A stretch of DNA of 64,000 nucleotides from the NCBI GenBank assembly GCA_964450885.1, contig CAYVFE010000001.1, positions 1,278 through 65,277 on the forward strand, written 5' to 3'. Source of the stretch: an uncultured Gammaproteobacteria bacterium. GTDB lineage: Bacteria; Patescibacteriota; Microgenomatia; Levybacterales; GWA1-39-11. The notes beneath the pieces are model-generated. The model saw only the letters and a program-made list of their open reading frames with translations. It was not told where the DNA came from and made no database searches. How positions within the stretch are numbered: position 1 is the first letter of the stretch; each line of letters opens with the position of its first letter. Shown piece after piece: positions 55,332-64,000 of the stretch. The position numbers were made by a program, and so were the translations under genes.

Positions 55332-56586
55332 ATTCATTAAATAATAATCCTAATACGAAAGCGGTCATCATCATTCCCTGTTGAAGGGTGACCGAAAAAT
55401 GATCAAACAGCCCAACTACCGCAATCTCCAAAGACAACAAGGCGACAATAACGAGCGGAAAACCTGCCTTTTGTATATTGTGATTTACTCTATATAAAAC
55501 TTTAGATAAGAAAACGGCTATTGCTACAGCACCAAAAATTCCCACCTGAAGCAACATTTGTAAATAAATATTATGTACCGGTTGAAATCTTGCATATATG
55601 GGTAAATTGTCAGCAGAAAGACTGTAAAATGTGTTGTTGAGCCCAACTCCAAAAAGTATATTTTCTTTAAATAAAAGCAGGGCCACTTCGACCATTTTCA
55701 TTCTAATTACGAAAGCATCTATAACAGGACCCAAAGTCAAAAATCTCCCCGAAAAAAATAGCAGATAAGCTGGCAGGAGGACTGCAAGTAGCGATATTGC
55801 ATAAATAAGATGCTTTCTTGTCCTGATAAATGCAAAAAGAGATAGTAAAACTGTCAGAAAAATTATTACTCTGGATACCGTAGACAAAAGCCCAAGAAAA
55901 ATTATGACCGAGGCAAATGAATAGACGTAGGATCTTATAGAAGACTTCGTACTAAAGATAAAATAAACAGAAAAAAGCAATGCTATTGATAGGAACATCG
56001 CCAAAACATTGGGGTGAGGAAAGGTTCCATAGGGTCTCAAAAGCTCCTGCCCCGAACTAAAGAAAGTTGATATACCGATGGTACTAACATCAAAAGACCT
56101 TTCACCTAAAAAGTACACTGGGCCACCGATCGATTTTTGCAAAATGAACTGGAAAGTAGCAATAGCAGACTGGATAATTGCCGCTACAATTAATACGTCC
56201 AGAATTTTATAAAACTTATCGTGTTTAAATTCATAACTAAAAATTCCCCATCCAAAAAGAATCATCTCTACCACCTTTAGACTCCAATAGATTGACCCCT
56301 CGAAACTTTGAGCTAAAAAAGAAGACACAAGTATCAATATTAAAAAGAGCGGGAGAACAAAGCTTTTTGAGAAGAATACGATCAGTGACCTAGGAGAGAT
56401 CAGGATACGTAAAATTATGAAGATGAAAATGAATATATCGCTGAGGTAAAGAGTAGGAGATAGATAATCAAGTCTGATTCCGTTTATGAATGAAAACTCT
56501 GGCCAGAAATGCTTACCCAGCTGAATACTGATCGAAAAAATTACTAAGTAGAATAATATGCCCTCAAGCCTTTTAAGATATAGCAT
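55315..56586 (-). CDS. Polytopic membrane protein, O-antigen ligase/polymerase (Wzy_C)-like, tentative
   Basis: 423 aa, ~10-12 TM with a larger extracytoplasmic loop. Overlaps the PBP stop by 17 nt (convergent). Confidence 0.45.
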   Translation of the reverse strand: MLYLKRLEGILFYLVIFSISIQLGKHFWPEFSFINGIRLDYLSPTLYLSDIFIFIFIILRILISPRSLIVFFSKSFVLPLFLILILVSSFLAQSFEGSIYWSLKVVEMILFGWGIFSYEFKHDKFYKILDVLIVAAIIQSAIATFQFILQKSIGGPVYFLGERSFDVSTIGISTFFSSGQELLRPYGTFPHPNVLAMFLSIALLFSVYFIFSTKSSIRSYVYSFASVIIFLGLLSTVSRVIIFLTVLLSLFAFIRTRKHLIYAISLLAVLLPAYLLFFSGRFLTLGPVIDAFVIRMKMVEVALLLFKENILFGVGLNNTFYSLSADNLPIYARFQPVHNIYLQMLLQVGIFGAVAIAVFLSKVLYRVNHNIQKAGFPLVIVALLSLEIAVVGLFDHFSVTLQQGMMMTAFVLGLLFNESMESA

Positions 56587-56603
56587 GAGAAAGTGGGGCA
56601 GCT

Positions 56604-57056
56604 CTATTTCTTTTTTATAACTAATACTCTATCGCGTCCTTCACCTTCTGACTCACTATAAACTCCACCATCGTCTTTTATAAGCATATGCACAAAGCGC
56701 CTCTCCCATGGCTTTAGACCGCGGACTGGCTTTTCAACTCCTGTTGACTCCACTTCTTCCTTTAGCCTTTCTATAAGACCAGTTAAGTATTCCTCACGCT
56801 CAGACCTATAGTTTCCAATTTCAACCGTAATCTGGTAGAATTCACCAGTCTTTTGAGAAATTATCATCTTTAAAAGCAACTCGAATGCAGAAAGAGTGTT
56901 ACCATGCTTTCCGATAAGAAAAGCGTTCTGCTCACCCGCATCTATCTCTACGCTAAAAGATTCATCTTCATGGCTTACTGCAACACTTGCTTCTATGTCT
57001 AAAAGTCTTAAAAGCTCTTGTGCTTCTTCTTGTATGTTATTTGTTATGTCTGTCAT
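56604..57056 (-). CDS. jag: Jag/KhpB-like RNA-binding protein (KH + R3H)
   Basis: 'FLIGKHGNTLSAFE' KH-like and 'LKPWERRFVH' R3H motifs. Conserved position after yidC. Confidence 0.75.
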   Translation of the reverse strand: MTDITNNIQEEAQELLRLLDIEASVAVSHEDESFSVEIDAGEQNAFLIGKHGNTLSAFELLLKMIISQKTGEFYQITVEIGNYRSEREEYLTGLIERLKEEVESTGVEKPVRGLKPWERRFVHMLIKDDGGVYSESEGEGRDRVLVIKKK

Positions 57057-57861
57057 ATTGCGCTAGCTGCGGAGCCCACTTTACGAGCCCTCCAAATCCT
57101 ACTAATAAATACTGCTGAAGTATACCAAAAAGCGTAAAAGTTATCCAATAAAGAGAAAGACCTATCGGCAGGGTAAACGAGAAAAATCCTATCATGATAG
57201 GAAAAATAAAGAGTGACTGTTTCATAAAACTTGTCTGAAAGTCTTCTTTTCCATCAGTCTTAGGAGGTGAGACTTTCGGCATCATCATCTTCGATAGAAC
57301 AAGCTGCGAAAGTCCGGTAAGTAGAGGTACTAGAAGAATCAAAAAATTTCCTTGAAAAAGGTCTGCTGGCTTTGCTGCTAGCTGGGCTCCAAAAAAAGTG
57401 GTATTCCACAAATGATCAGGCTTTAGGAAATCAAAGTACAAAAGGGGCGTGACCTCACTTAGGAAACGCTGGAACGAATCTATACCGACAGTACGGATGA
57501 TAACCTGATAAAGGCCTAAAATTATTGGGAGCTGAACTAATGCAGGAAGGCATCCGGCAGCAGGATTTATTCCATACTTTTTATAAAGCTTCATCGTCAT
57601 CTCCTGCTGTTTTTGCCTATCTTTTTTGTACTTTTCTCTTATCTCCTTCATTTCTGGAGCAAGCTCCTGCATTTTCTTACTTGATCTGATTTGAGCTGAC
57701 ATCAGAGGGTAAAGAATAATTCTAAGAAAAATGGTGAGGACGATGATAGAAAATCCCAGAGGAAAAATTATCCCGAATGAACTTAAAACCTGATAAATTC
57801 CTAGCAAAACATTCGTAATCGGCTGAATAAATAATAGTTCAAAAATCTCAAAAATAATCAT
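57037..57861 (-). CDS. yidC: Membrane protein insertase YidC (short Gram-positive/CPR type)
   Basis: 5-TM Oxa1-fold pattern with 'PLMSAQIRSSKKMQELAPEMKE' amphipathic region. Synteny rpmH-rnpA-yidC-jag. Confidence 0.8.
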   Translation of the reverse strand: MIIFEIFELLFIQPITNVLLGIYQVLSSFGIIFPLGFSIIVLTIFLRIILYPLMSAQIRSSKKMQELAPEMKEIREKYKKDRQKQQEMTMKLYKKYGINPAAGCLPALVQLPIILGLYQVIIRTVGIDSFQRFLSEVTPLLYFDFLKPDHLWNTTFFGAQLAAKPADLFQGNFLILLVPLLTGLSQLVLSKMMMPKVSPPKTDGKEDFQTSFMKQSLFIFPIMIGFFSFTLPIGLSLYWITFTLFGILQQYLLVGFGGLVKWAPQLAQYDRHNK

Positions 57862-57862
57862 C

Positions 57863-58177
57863 TTATATTTTTTCTATACATTCTTTTAGATATTTCTCAA
57901 GCAAATCGTTATCAAATTCCTCTTTTTGAGGCTTGATATAGATCACGATATCGTAACTTTGCTCCTTTTGTGCCAAGCTTTCTTTTAAAACTGCAAGCGC
58001 CTTACGTTTTATCTTATTCCTGACTACAGCCTTTTTGGAAACTTTTTTACTAACGACTACTGCGTTAGTTCCACTTTCTGTTTTTGCATCCGCAAAGCGA
58101 AAAGTAAAGTAGGGGGTAGGTATTACTTTCTTTGGTAATCCTTGCCTAAAAGAATATCTCTTTTCTTTTTCAAACAT
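57863..58177 (-). CDS. rnpA: Ribonuclease P protein component
   Basis: Basic 104-aa protein with an 'RNKIKRKALA' RNR-like motif. Synteny. Confidence 0.75.
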   Translation of the reverse strand: MFEKEKRYSFRQGLPKKVIPTPYFTFRFADAKTESGTNAVVVSKKVSKKAVVRNKIKRKALAVLKESLAQKEQSYDIVIYIKPQKEEFDNDLLEKYLKECIEKI

Positions 58178-58222
58178 TTTTTAAGTGCTATTAAGCACAA
58201 ACTTTACCCGGAAAATCCGTAA

Positions 58223-58354
58223 CTAAACACTTTTTCTTCCTTTAAGCTGCCTTCTTTTTATGACTGCTTTTCCGCTTCTCGTTTTGCTCCTAACTAAAAA
58301 TCCGTGCTTCTTGTTATGTTTTTTCTTATTTGCTTTTGTTAATAATTCTGGCAT
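58223..58354 (-). CDS. rpmH: 50S ribosomal protein L34
   Basis: 'KKHGFLVRSKTRSGKAVIKRRQLKGRK' matches the L34 consensus. Trimmed to Met26 of the ORF. Confidence 0.8.
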   Translation of the reverse strand: MPELLTKANKKKHNKKHGFLVRSKTRSGKAVIKRRQLKGRKSV

Positions 58355-58457
58355 AAGCGTGATAATATCAAAATTAAGCTGAAAAAACAAGCAGGTTGTA
58401 CCTAATGTATATTTTGTCAAGGGTTGCATTTATGGCTCATTTTGTTATTCTTAAGTA

Positions 58458-59525
58458 ATGATAAAGATGGCCATAAATGGATATGGACGAATTGGACGTG
58501 TCGCACACCGGATAATTATCGAAAAGCACCCCGAGATAGAAGTTGTAGCCATAAATGCCGGAAAAAGTACAGATCTCACAGGCTGGATGTATCTTTTAAA
58601 ATACGACACCAACTACGGAGAACTAAGGAATCATACATTTGAAGTAAAAACCCCGGAACAAAAACCTCTGGGAATAGAAACCTCGGCTGAATTTTTAGGG
58701 TGGATATCGGTAGACGGAAATGACATCGCGATCTTTGCAGACAGAAAGCCAGAAAATCTTCCATGGAAAGATCTAGAGATAGATACCGTCATAGAATCGA
58801 CCGGCGCTTTTGAAAAACATGAAGACCTGATGCTTCATATAAAAGCAGGAGCAAAATCTGTAATACTTTCTGCTCCATATAAAGGAGATACGCCTGTCCC
58901 CACATATGTATTAGGAGTAAATTCCAATCCAAACGGTCAGGACTACTCAGACGTTGTCATCAACAATGCATCTTGTACCACCAACTGTATCTCACCTGTC
59001 GCAAAACTATTGGATGATGCATATGGAATAGAAAAAGCGATGATGACAACAATTCATGGATATACTTCCGATCAGAGGATCCAAGACGGAGGACACAAAG
59101 ATTATAGACGTGCAAGGACTGCCGCTGCAAATATAATTCCTACCTCAACCGGGGCTACAAAAGCAGCAGCTGAAGCGATCCCAAGTTTGAAGGGAATTTT
59201 TAATGGGCTTGCTATTAGAGTTCCTGTATCAGTCGGCTCTCTTTCCGACTTTACATTTCTACTTAAAAAGGATACGACCGGAGAAGAGCTGACAAAGCTT
59301 TTTAGAAATGCCGAGCAAAATGAATATAAAGGAATTCTACAGACAACAACTGACCCTATCGTCAGCTCAGATATCGTCGGTAATCCTCACTCATGCATAG
59401 TCGACTTGTCACTTACACAAATAGTAGGAGGCAATATGGTAAAAATTATCGCTTGGTATGACAATGAGTATGGTTATGCAAATAGACTAGTTGAACAAAG
59501 TGTGCTACTTGGAAAGAGTGCCTAA
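58458..59525 (+). CDS. gap: Glyceraldehyde-3-phosphate dehydrogenase
   Basis: 'INGYGRIGR' NAD-binding, catalytic 'ASCTTNC'. 355 aa. Confidence 0.92.
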   Translation: MIKMAINGYGRIGRVAHRIIIEKHPEIEVVAINAGKSTDLTGWMYLLKYDTNYGELRNHTFEVKTPEQKPLGIETSAEFLGWISVDGNDIAIFADRKPENLPWKDLEIDTVIESTGAFEKHEDLMLHIKAGAKSVILSAPYKGDTPVPTYVLGVNSNPNGQDYSDVVINNASCTTNCISPVAKLLDDAYGIEKAMMTTIHGYTSDQRIQDGGHKDYRRARTAAANIIPTSTGATKAAAEAIPSLKGIFNGLAIRVPVSVGSLSDFTFLLKKDTTGEELTKLFRNAEQNEYKGILQTTTDPIVSSDIVGNPHSCIVDLSLTQIVGGNMVKIIAWYDNEYGYANRLVEQSVLLGKSA

Positions 59526-59542
59526 ATATTTTATAATAGGCA

Positions 59543-60127
59543 ATGGTCAAAGATCTCCCAGGAATTAAAAATATTACAATCTCCGGCAGAATAGGAAGTG
59601 GAGCAACCACACTTGCGTCAAAGCTATCAGAAAATCTAGGATGGGAAATGCTCGATGGTGGGAAAATAATGAGAAAAGTTCAAGATGATATCGGTGCTGG
59701 AGTCGAAGAGACAAGTAAAAGACCAGACCATTTTGATCTAGAGTACGAAGAGAAAATCAAAAAAATCCTCAAAAAAGAAACTCATCAAATAATTCAAAGC
59801 CATTTGGCAGGCTATGATGCGCAGGGAATTGGTGGAGTTTTTAAAATACTTGTAGTAACAGAGGATGCAGAGGGAAACGACAAGACTGATATAAGAATTG
59901 ACAGACTTGTTAACCGTGATGGGACCCCTATCGAACAGGCAAAGTATGAGATAAAAGAACGCGACAAGCAAAATCTGGAAAAATTCAGGCGCTTATATGC
60001 AGATAATGATCCCGAATGGGTCTATTGGGATAGAAAATATTATGATCTAATCATAAATACCTATAATCACAACCAAGAAGAGGCTATGCAGATCGCACTT
60101 GAAAACATTACTGCACGGCAAAGGTAG
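59543..60127 (+). CDS. P-loop nucleotide kinase; archaeal-type cytidylate kinase candidate
   Basis: 'ITISGRIGSGATTLASKL' P-loop at the N-terminus. ~190 aa, the size of archaeal CMP kinases. Confidence 0.5.
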   Translation: MVKDLPGIKNITISGRIGSGATTLASKLSENLGWEMLDGGKIMRKVQDDIGAGVEETSKRPDHFDLEYEEKIKKILKKETHQIIQSHLAGYDAQGIGGVFKILVVTEDAEGNDKTDIRIDRLVNRDGTPIEQAKYEIKERDKQNLEKFRRLYADNDPEWVYWDRKYYDLIINTYNHNQEEAMQIALENITARQR

Positions 60128-62390
60128 GAGTAGGTCTTACCATGCGACAGGTTGATTTCTCTTCAGTCCCATTTATAAAATACGCATCATATCCAAAACA
60201 TTTTTTACTGACAAGCCCTACAGGAATACTTACTATTAGATCTTGGTTGTCTTTCACAAGACTTTCTATAATACTTCTCCACATAGGAGCGGCGCCCGTT
60301 ATTCCGGAAGCAAGTGTCGGTGATAGAGGAGTATTATCATTATTTCCTACCCAGGTGGCTACCACATAATCTTTTGTGAATCCGACTGTCCAGTTATCTC
60401 TTTTATTATCCGTTGTGCCGGTTTTTACAGAGACTCTTTTTCCGGCAATATTTAATGGAGAATTCTGTCCGAAAGCCCGGCTTCTTGCTTGATTATCAGC
60501 GAGAATATCACCAATAATAAATGCCGCTTCCTGACTTACGACACGCTCCGGGCTAACTTTTTTTTCATAAACAGCTTCTCCCGAGCTATCTTTTACCTCG
60601 AGGATAGGGTCTAGATCTATCCTTTCTCCATAGTTTGCGATAGTTCCGTAAGCAGTTGCCAAATCCAACATTGTGACCTCATTTCCACCGAGAGTTATAG
60701 ACAATCCATAATGACTATTATTATTCCATGACGAAATCCCCATCTTCCTTCCATATTCCGCTATCAAATCCGGTCCCAGCTTTTCGGCAATCCTGACTGC
60801 GGGGATATTATAGGAATTTGCGAGAGCGAGCCTAAATGGAACCATTCCGCGATACTTTCCATCATAATTGACTGGCTTGTAGCTTTCTGATCCCGGAATT
60901 TGGATTGTGATAGGAGTATCTTGCAGGATTGAGCTTTCAGAAAAACCATTTTCTAAGGCTGCAGTATACGTAATAAGCTTTATTGTCGATCCCGGCTGAC
61001 GCAAAGCTGTGGTCAAATTCACATTGCCATCTTCCTCTACATCAAAAAAGTCTTTACTCCCCACCATCGCAAGTATATCGCCAGTTGCTGGATCTGTTAC
61101 GACAGTCGCAGCATTTCCTATCCCAAGATATGCATTCTCCGAAACGGTCTTTTCGACTTCCAGCTCTGCTTCCCGTTGGATATCCAGATCCAAGCTTGTT
61201 ACGATCTGCAGCCCGCCTCTTTCTACTTCATATATCCCATACCTTTTAATCAGCTCGCTTTTGACATACATTACAAAATGGGGCGCTTTGATTGACGTTT
61301 GCGGGTTCTTGAATGAAAGAGGCACCTGATAAGCCTCATGCGCATCATGTTCTGAAATATATCCGTCTCTTACCATCGCAGTCAAAACTTCCCACTGTCT
61401 TTTTTTCCATGTGTTTTGAGAATTTATGAATGGCGAATATATAGATGGGGCACGTGGGAGCCCTGCCAGGAAAGCAGCTTCGGAAAGACTTACCTGTGAG
61501 ACATCTTTTCCAAAATATGCTTCTGATGCAGCTTCTATCCCCCAAGCCGTTCCGCCATAAGGCACATAGTTAAAGTAAAGCTCAAGTATCTCGTCCTTCG
61601 TATATTTTTGCTCGGCAATAAGAGACAGCGCTACCTCTTTTGCTTTTCTTGTGATGGTCACCTCTGGTGTAAGAAGGGCAGACTTAATAAGTTGCTGTGT
61701 GATAGTAGATCCGCCTTGAAGTTCGTCTTTCGTGATATTTGCAACTATCGCACGACTTATTCCTCTTAAATCAAATCCTGGATGACTGTAAAAATTCTGG
61801 TCTTCTATTGCGATTGTCGCCTCCTTTAAATACTGAGGTATCTTATCAAGGCTAACTATCGTCCTATTTTGACTCGCATAAAATTCGTACAAAAGCTGGC
61901 CATTTCTATCATAAAGCTTTGTAGTCTGAGGAATCTCGCTAACTGAAAGCGCATCGAGAGTAGGGAGGTCGGATACAAAAATATATGAAGCTAAAGGAAT
62001 AAATACAAATATGAACGAAAAGATAGCTCCAAATAAAAAATACTTTAGTTTCGAAACTACCGTCTGCCTGTATCCTACAGTTGATGATCGCACTACGTCG
62101 CTTGATGTCTGTGCCGGCTTCTTTTTTTGTTTTGGCTTAATTTTCAAGCTAAATTTGGGGGTGTTCAGTTTTGGGAATTTAAGTCTACTGATTTTTGGAA
62201 AACGAAACTCAGGAAGAGCAACTGAGAATCTCGGTGGACTATAAGACTTAATTTTTGCTAACTTTTTTCTGAAAAATGAGATAATTTTACTCGATGTTGT
62301 CCAAATAATTCTAATTGAAGAATCAACAATCAAACCTATCCTGATTAAGAAATAAGCTATTAAATAGAATAAAAATTTTAATACTGCCAT
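60108..62390 (-). CDS. Class A penicillin-binding protein (second paralog; N-terminal extension plus TM)
   Basis: GT51 'EDQNFYSHPGFD', 'GGSTITQQLIK'. TPase 'STIKL', 'KTGTT'. 760 aa. Confidence 0.88.
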   Translation of the reverse strand: MAVLKFLFYLIAYFLIRIGLIVDSSIRIIWTTSSKIISFFRKKLAKIKSYSPPRFSVALPEFRFPKISRLKFPKLNTPKFSLKIKPKQKKKPAQTSSDVVRSSTVGYRQTVVSKLKYFLFGAIFSFIFVFIPLASYIFVSDLPTLDALSVSEIPQTTKLYDRNGQLLYEFYASQNRTIVSLDKIPQYLKEATIAIEDQNFYSHPGFDLRGISRAIVANITKDELQGGSTITQQLIKSALLTPEVTITRKAKEVALSLIAEQKYTKDEILELYFNYVPYGGTAWGIEAASEAYFGKDVSQVSLSEAAFLAGLPRAPSIYSPFINSQNTWKKRQWEVLTAMVRDGYISEHDAHEAYQVPLSFKNPQTSIKAPHFVMYVKSELIKRYGIYEVERGGLQIVTSLDLDIQREAELEVEKTVSENAYLGIGNAATVVTDPATGDILAMVGSKDFFDVEEDGNVNLTTALRQPGSTIKLITYTAALENGFSESSILQDTPITIQIPGSESYKPVNYDGKYRGMVPFRLALANSYNIPAVRIAEKLGPDLIAEYGRKMGISSWNNNSHYGLSITLGGNEVTMLDLATAYGTIANYGERIDLDPILEVKDSSGEAVYEKKVSPERVVSQEAAFIIGDILADNQARSRAFGQNSPLNIAGKRVSVKTGTTDNKRDNWTVGFTKDYVVATWVGNNDNTPLSPTLASGITGAAPMWRSIIESLVKDNQDLIVSIPVGLVSKKCFGYDAYFINGTEEKSTCRMVRPTPTFAVQ

Positions 62391-62563
62391 TTTTTAGATC
62401 CGCTTGTAAGGCTTAATAAATTCTTTGGGCAGTGCTTCTTTCTTAAGAATATTATATAAAATTTATAGGATAACTTACAATACGTATTTTCTCATACAAA
62501 AATTTACAAAATATAACAAAATGCCTTTTAATTTATAAATTTTTCTGTTACAGTAAAAGCCAC

Positions 62564-63541
62564 ATGAGTGTTCTTGCGGTTGGATCTTCTCTAATAGACT
62601 TTTTTATCAGGATTGAAAAAAACGACCAAATTGATCTTTCTGATGAAAAAATTACTCTTCCTCTGGGAGCAAAGATACCTATAGACATCAAGTCGTTATC
62701 TCTGGGAGGTAATAGCGCGAATGTAAGCTCTGCGCTGCATAATCTCTCTATTCCGGTAACCCTGTACACATATCTAGGAAATGACCCGCTCTCAAAACAC
62801 ATCAGAGAAAAGATGGAGGAAAGAGGAGTTACCCTTATCGTCGAAAATATAGATGTGACTACAGGATCGCTTTCTCTGATATTTGATTTTCCTACAGATA
62901 GAATAATTTTTTCACATCACAATATGACATCGTACGGATTTGATGAGGAAAAAATCAAAGAAAAACCCGACATGATATTTTTAAGCTCCATGGGAAATGA
63001 ATGGGAAAGTGCTTACGAAAAAGTAATCACTTACGCTCAAAATAACAATATTCCTGTTGCGTTTTCGCCAGGATCTTCACAGCTTAAAAATATGAATGAG
63101 ACTTTTTTGAAAACAGTAAGGTCATCAAAGATTCTTCTTTGCAATATGGATGAAGCCAAAAGAATCCATAAAGCTCTTACTGGTAATGAACCAGAAGATC
63201 CTAAGAAGCTTCTGCTGAGCCTTAAGGAAAATAACTTCGATATCCTTTCGATAACCGATGCCCAAAATGGAGCATTTGCCGTAGACAAGAAAAACAACGT
63301 CTATAAAATCAATACTCTAAAACCTGAGAGTCACGAAAAGACGGGTGCCGGAGATGCTTACGCTGGAGCTTTTCTTGCAGGAATTTGCCTAGAGAAATCG
63401 ATCGAGGAATCTATGAAATGGGGCGTTTTGAATGCATTGGGAGAAATGAAACAAGCAGGTGCTGGCACTGGACAGCTAACGCTTGAGCAGATCGAAAAGG
63501 AAACTGAGGGTGCCCACGAATTAAATGTAGAGAAATTATGA
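62564..63541 (+). CDS. PfkB-family carbohydrate/nucleoside kinase
   Basis: 'GGNSAN' and C-terminal 'TGAGDAYAGAFLAG' PfkB signatures. Confidence 0.8.
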   Translation: MSVLAVGSSLIDFFIRIEKNDQIDLSDEKITLPLGAKIPIDIKSLSLGGNSANVSSALHNLSIPVTLYTYLGNDPLSKHIREKMEERGVTLIVENIDVTTGSLSLIFDFPTDRIIFSHHNMTSYGFDEEKIKEKPDMIFLSSMGNEWESAYEKVITYAQNNNIPVAFSPGSSQLKNMNETFLKTVRSSKILLCNMDEAKRIHKALTGNEPEDPKKLLLSLKENNFDILSITDAQNGAFAVDKKNNVYKINTLKPESHEKTGAGDAYAGAFLAGICLEKSIEESMKWGVLNALGEMKQAGAGTGQLTLEQIEKETEGAHELNVEKL

Positions 63542-64000
63542 AACTCGCAGTAGCAACCGATCATGCCGGGCTCGAATTCAAAAATAGTCTTGTAAAAATT
63601 CTTCAGGAAGATGGTCATGACGTTCTCGACTGTGGTCCTGAGAGCTTTGACGCAGATGACGACTATCCTGATTTTATCGGAAAAGCTGCAGAGGTAGTAT
63701 CTAAAAACGAAGACTATATGGGAATCGTCATGGGAGGATCAGGCCAGGGAGAGCAAATAACGGCAAATAAGTACAAAAATGTCCGATGCGCGCTTTTTTA
63801 TGGACCGGTAGCGCCTATCGGGGTGGTTGATGTATCCGGAAAAACCAGCTCTGATCCTTTTGAGATAATAAAACTCACCCGCCAGCATAACAACTCAAAT
63901 ATGCTATCTCTAGGAATAAGGTTTCTCGATCCTGATGACGCAATAAAAGCAGTGAGACTATTTATCAGCTCGCCCTTTCCACAGGAAGAAAGACACGTTC
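63538..64000 (+). CDS. rpiB: Ribose-5-phosphate isomerase B (RpiB/LacAB family), 3'-truncated by the window edge
   Basis: 'KLAVATDHAGLEFK' N-terminus and 'GIVMGGSGQGE' block. ORF continues past 64000. Confidence 0.85.
   Translation, partial: MKLAVATDHAGLEFKNSLVKILQEDGHDVLDCGPESFDADDDYPDFIGKAAEVVSKNEDYMGIVMGGSGQGEQITANKYKNVRCALFYGPVAPIGVVDVSGKTSSDPFEIIKLTRQHNNSNMLSLGIRFLDPDDAIKAVRLFISSPFPQEERHV

Noticed and set aside
1-64000. CRISPR arrays, IS elements/transposases, prophage genes
   Set aside because: No spaced direct-repeat arrays, no transposase or integrase-like ORFs other than the Xer-type recombinase, and no terminal inverted repeats bracketing genes were found on reading through the intergenic regions.
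1-64000. Alternative genetic code (UGA recoding as in some CPR lineages)
   Set aside because: Long housekeeping genes (ftsH, glmS, both PBPs, valS, ligase) are intact under the standard code and end at conventional stops with sensible C-termini. There is no evidence of in-frame UGA read-through.

Overview
This is a gene-dense, low-GC (roughly 40%) bacterial segment that uses the standard genetic code and is dominated by housekeeping genes. They cover redox (trxB/trxA), cell wall (two class A PBPs, murD, murI, GT2/GT4 glycosyltransferases, UDP-galactopyranose mutase), thymidylate and dNTP metabolism (tmk-dcd-thyA-folA), DNA repair (fpg, recF, ATP-dependent ligase, 5'-3' exonuclease, MGMT-like, RNase HI), translation (trpS, valS, rplY, rpmH-rnpA-yidC-jag) and central metabolism (glmS, gap, malic enzyme, pfkB, rpiB). 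Several traits suggest a reduced-genome Patescibacteria/CPR-like lineage, though this is an inference. These traits are archaeal-type UMP and CMP kinase candidates, an archaeal/eukaryal-type ATP-dependent ligase, a standalone 5'-3' exonuclease, a short ValRS, and many overlapping start/stop junctions. I found five RNA genes by hand: tRNA-Met(CAU), tRNA-Ser(GGA), tRNA-Ser(CGA), tRNA-Arg(GCG), and one non-canonical CAU tRNA-like element. I also found a well-supported T-box (Trp) leader upstream of a small ORF and trpS. There is no CRISPR array and no obvious mobile element. The loci most worth a second look are: (1) a PHP/Zn-ribbon EndoQ-like protein paired divergently with a TrpH-like PHP protein next to the thymidylate operon; (2) a Fic-headed operon that ends in the ATP-dependent ligase; (3) a VirB4/HerA-class ATPase at the head of a fpg/exonuclease operon; (4) a DsbA-like protein with a small CxxC membrane partner; and (5) several large uncharacterised membrane or secreted proteins (HEXXH zincin-like, an 887-aa 'RPTGGFIGS' protein, a 536-aa protein). 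All family assignments come from motif recognition by eye. None has been verified by a database search.
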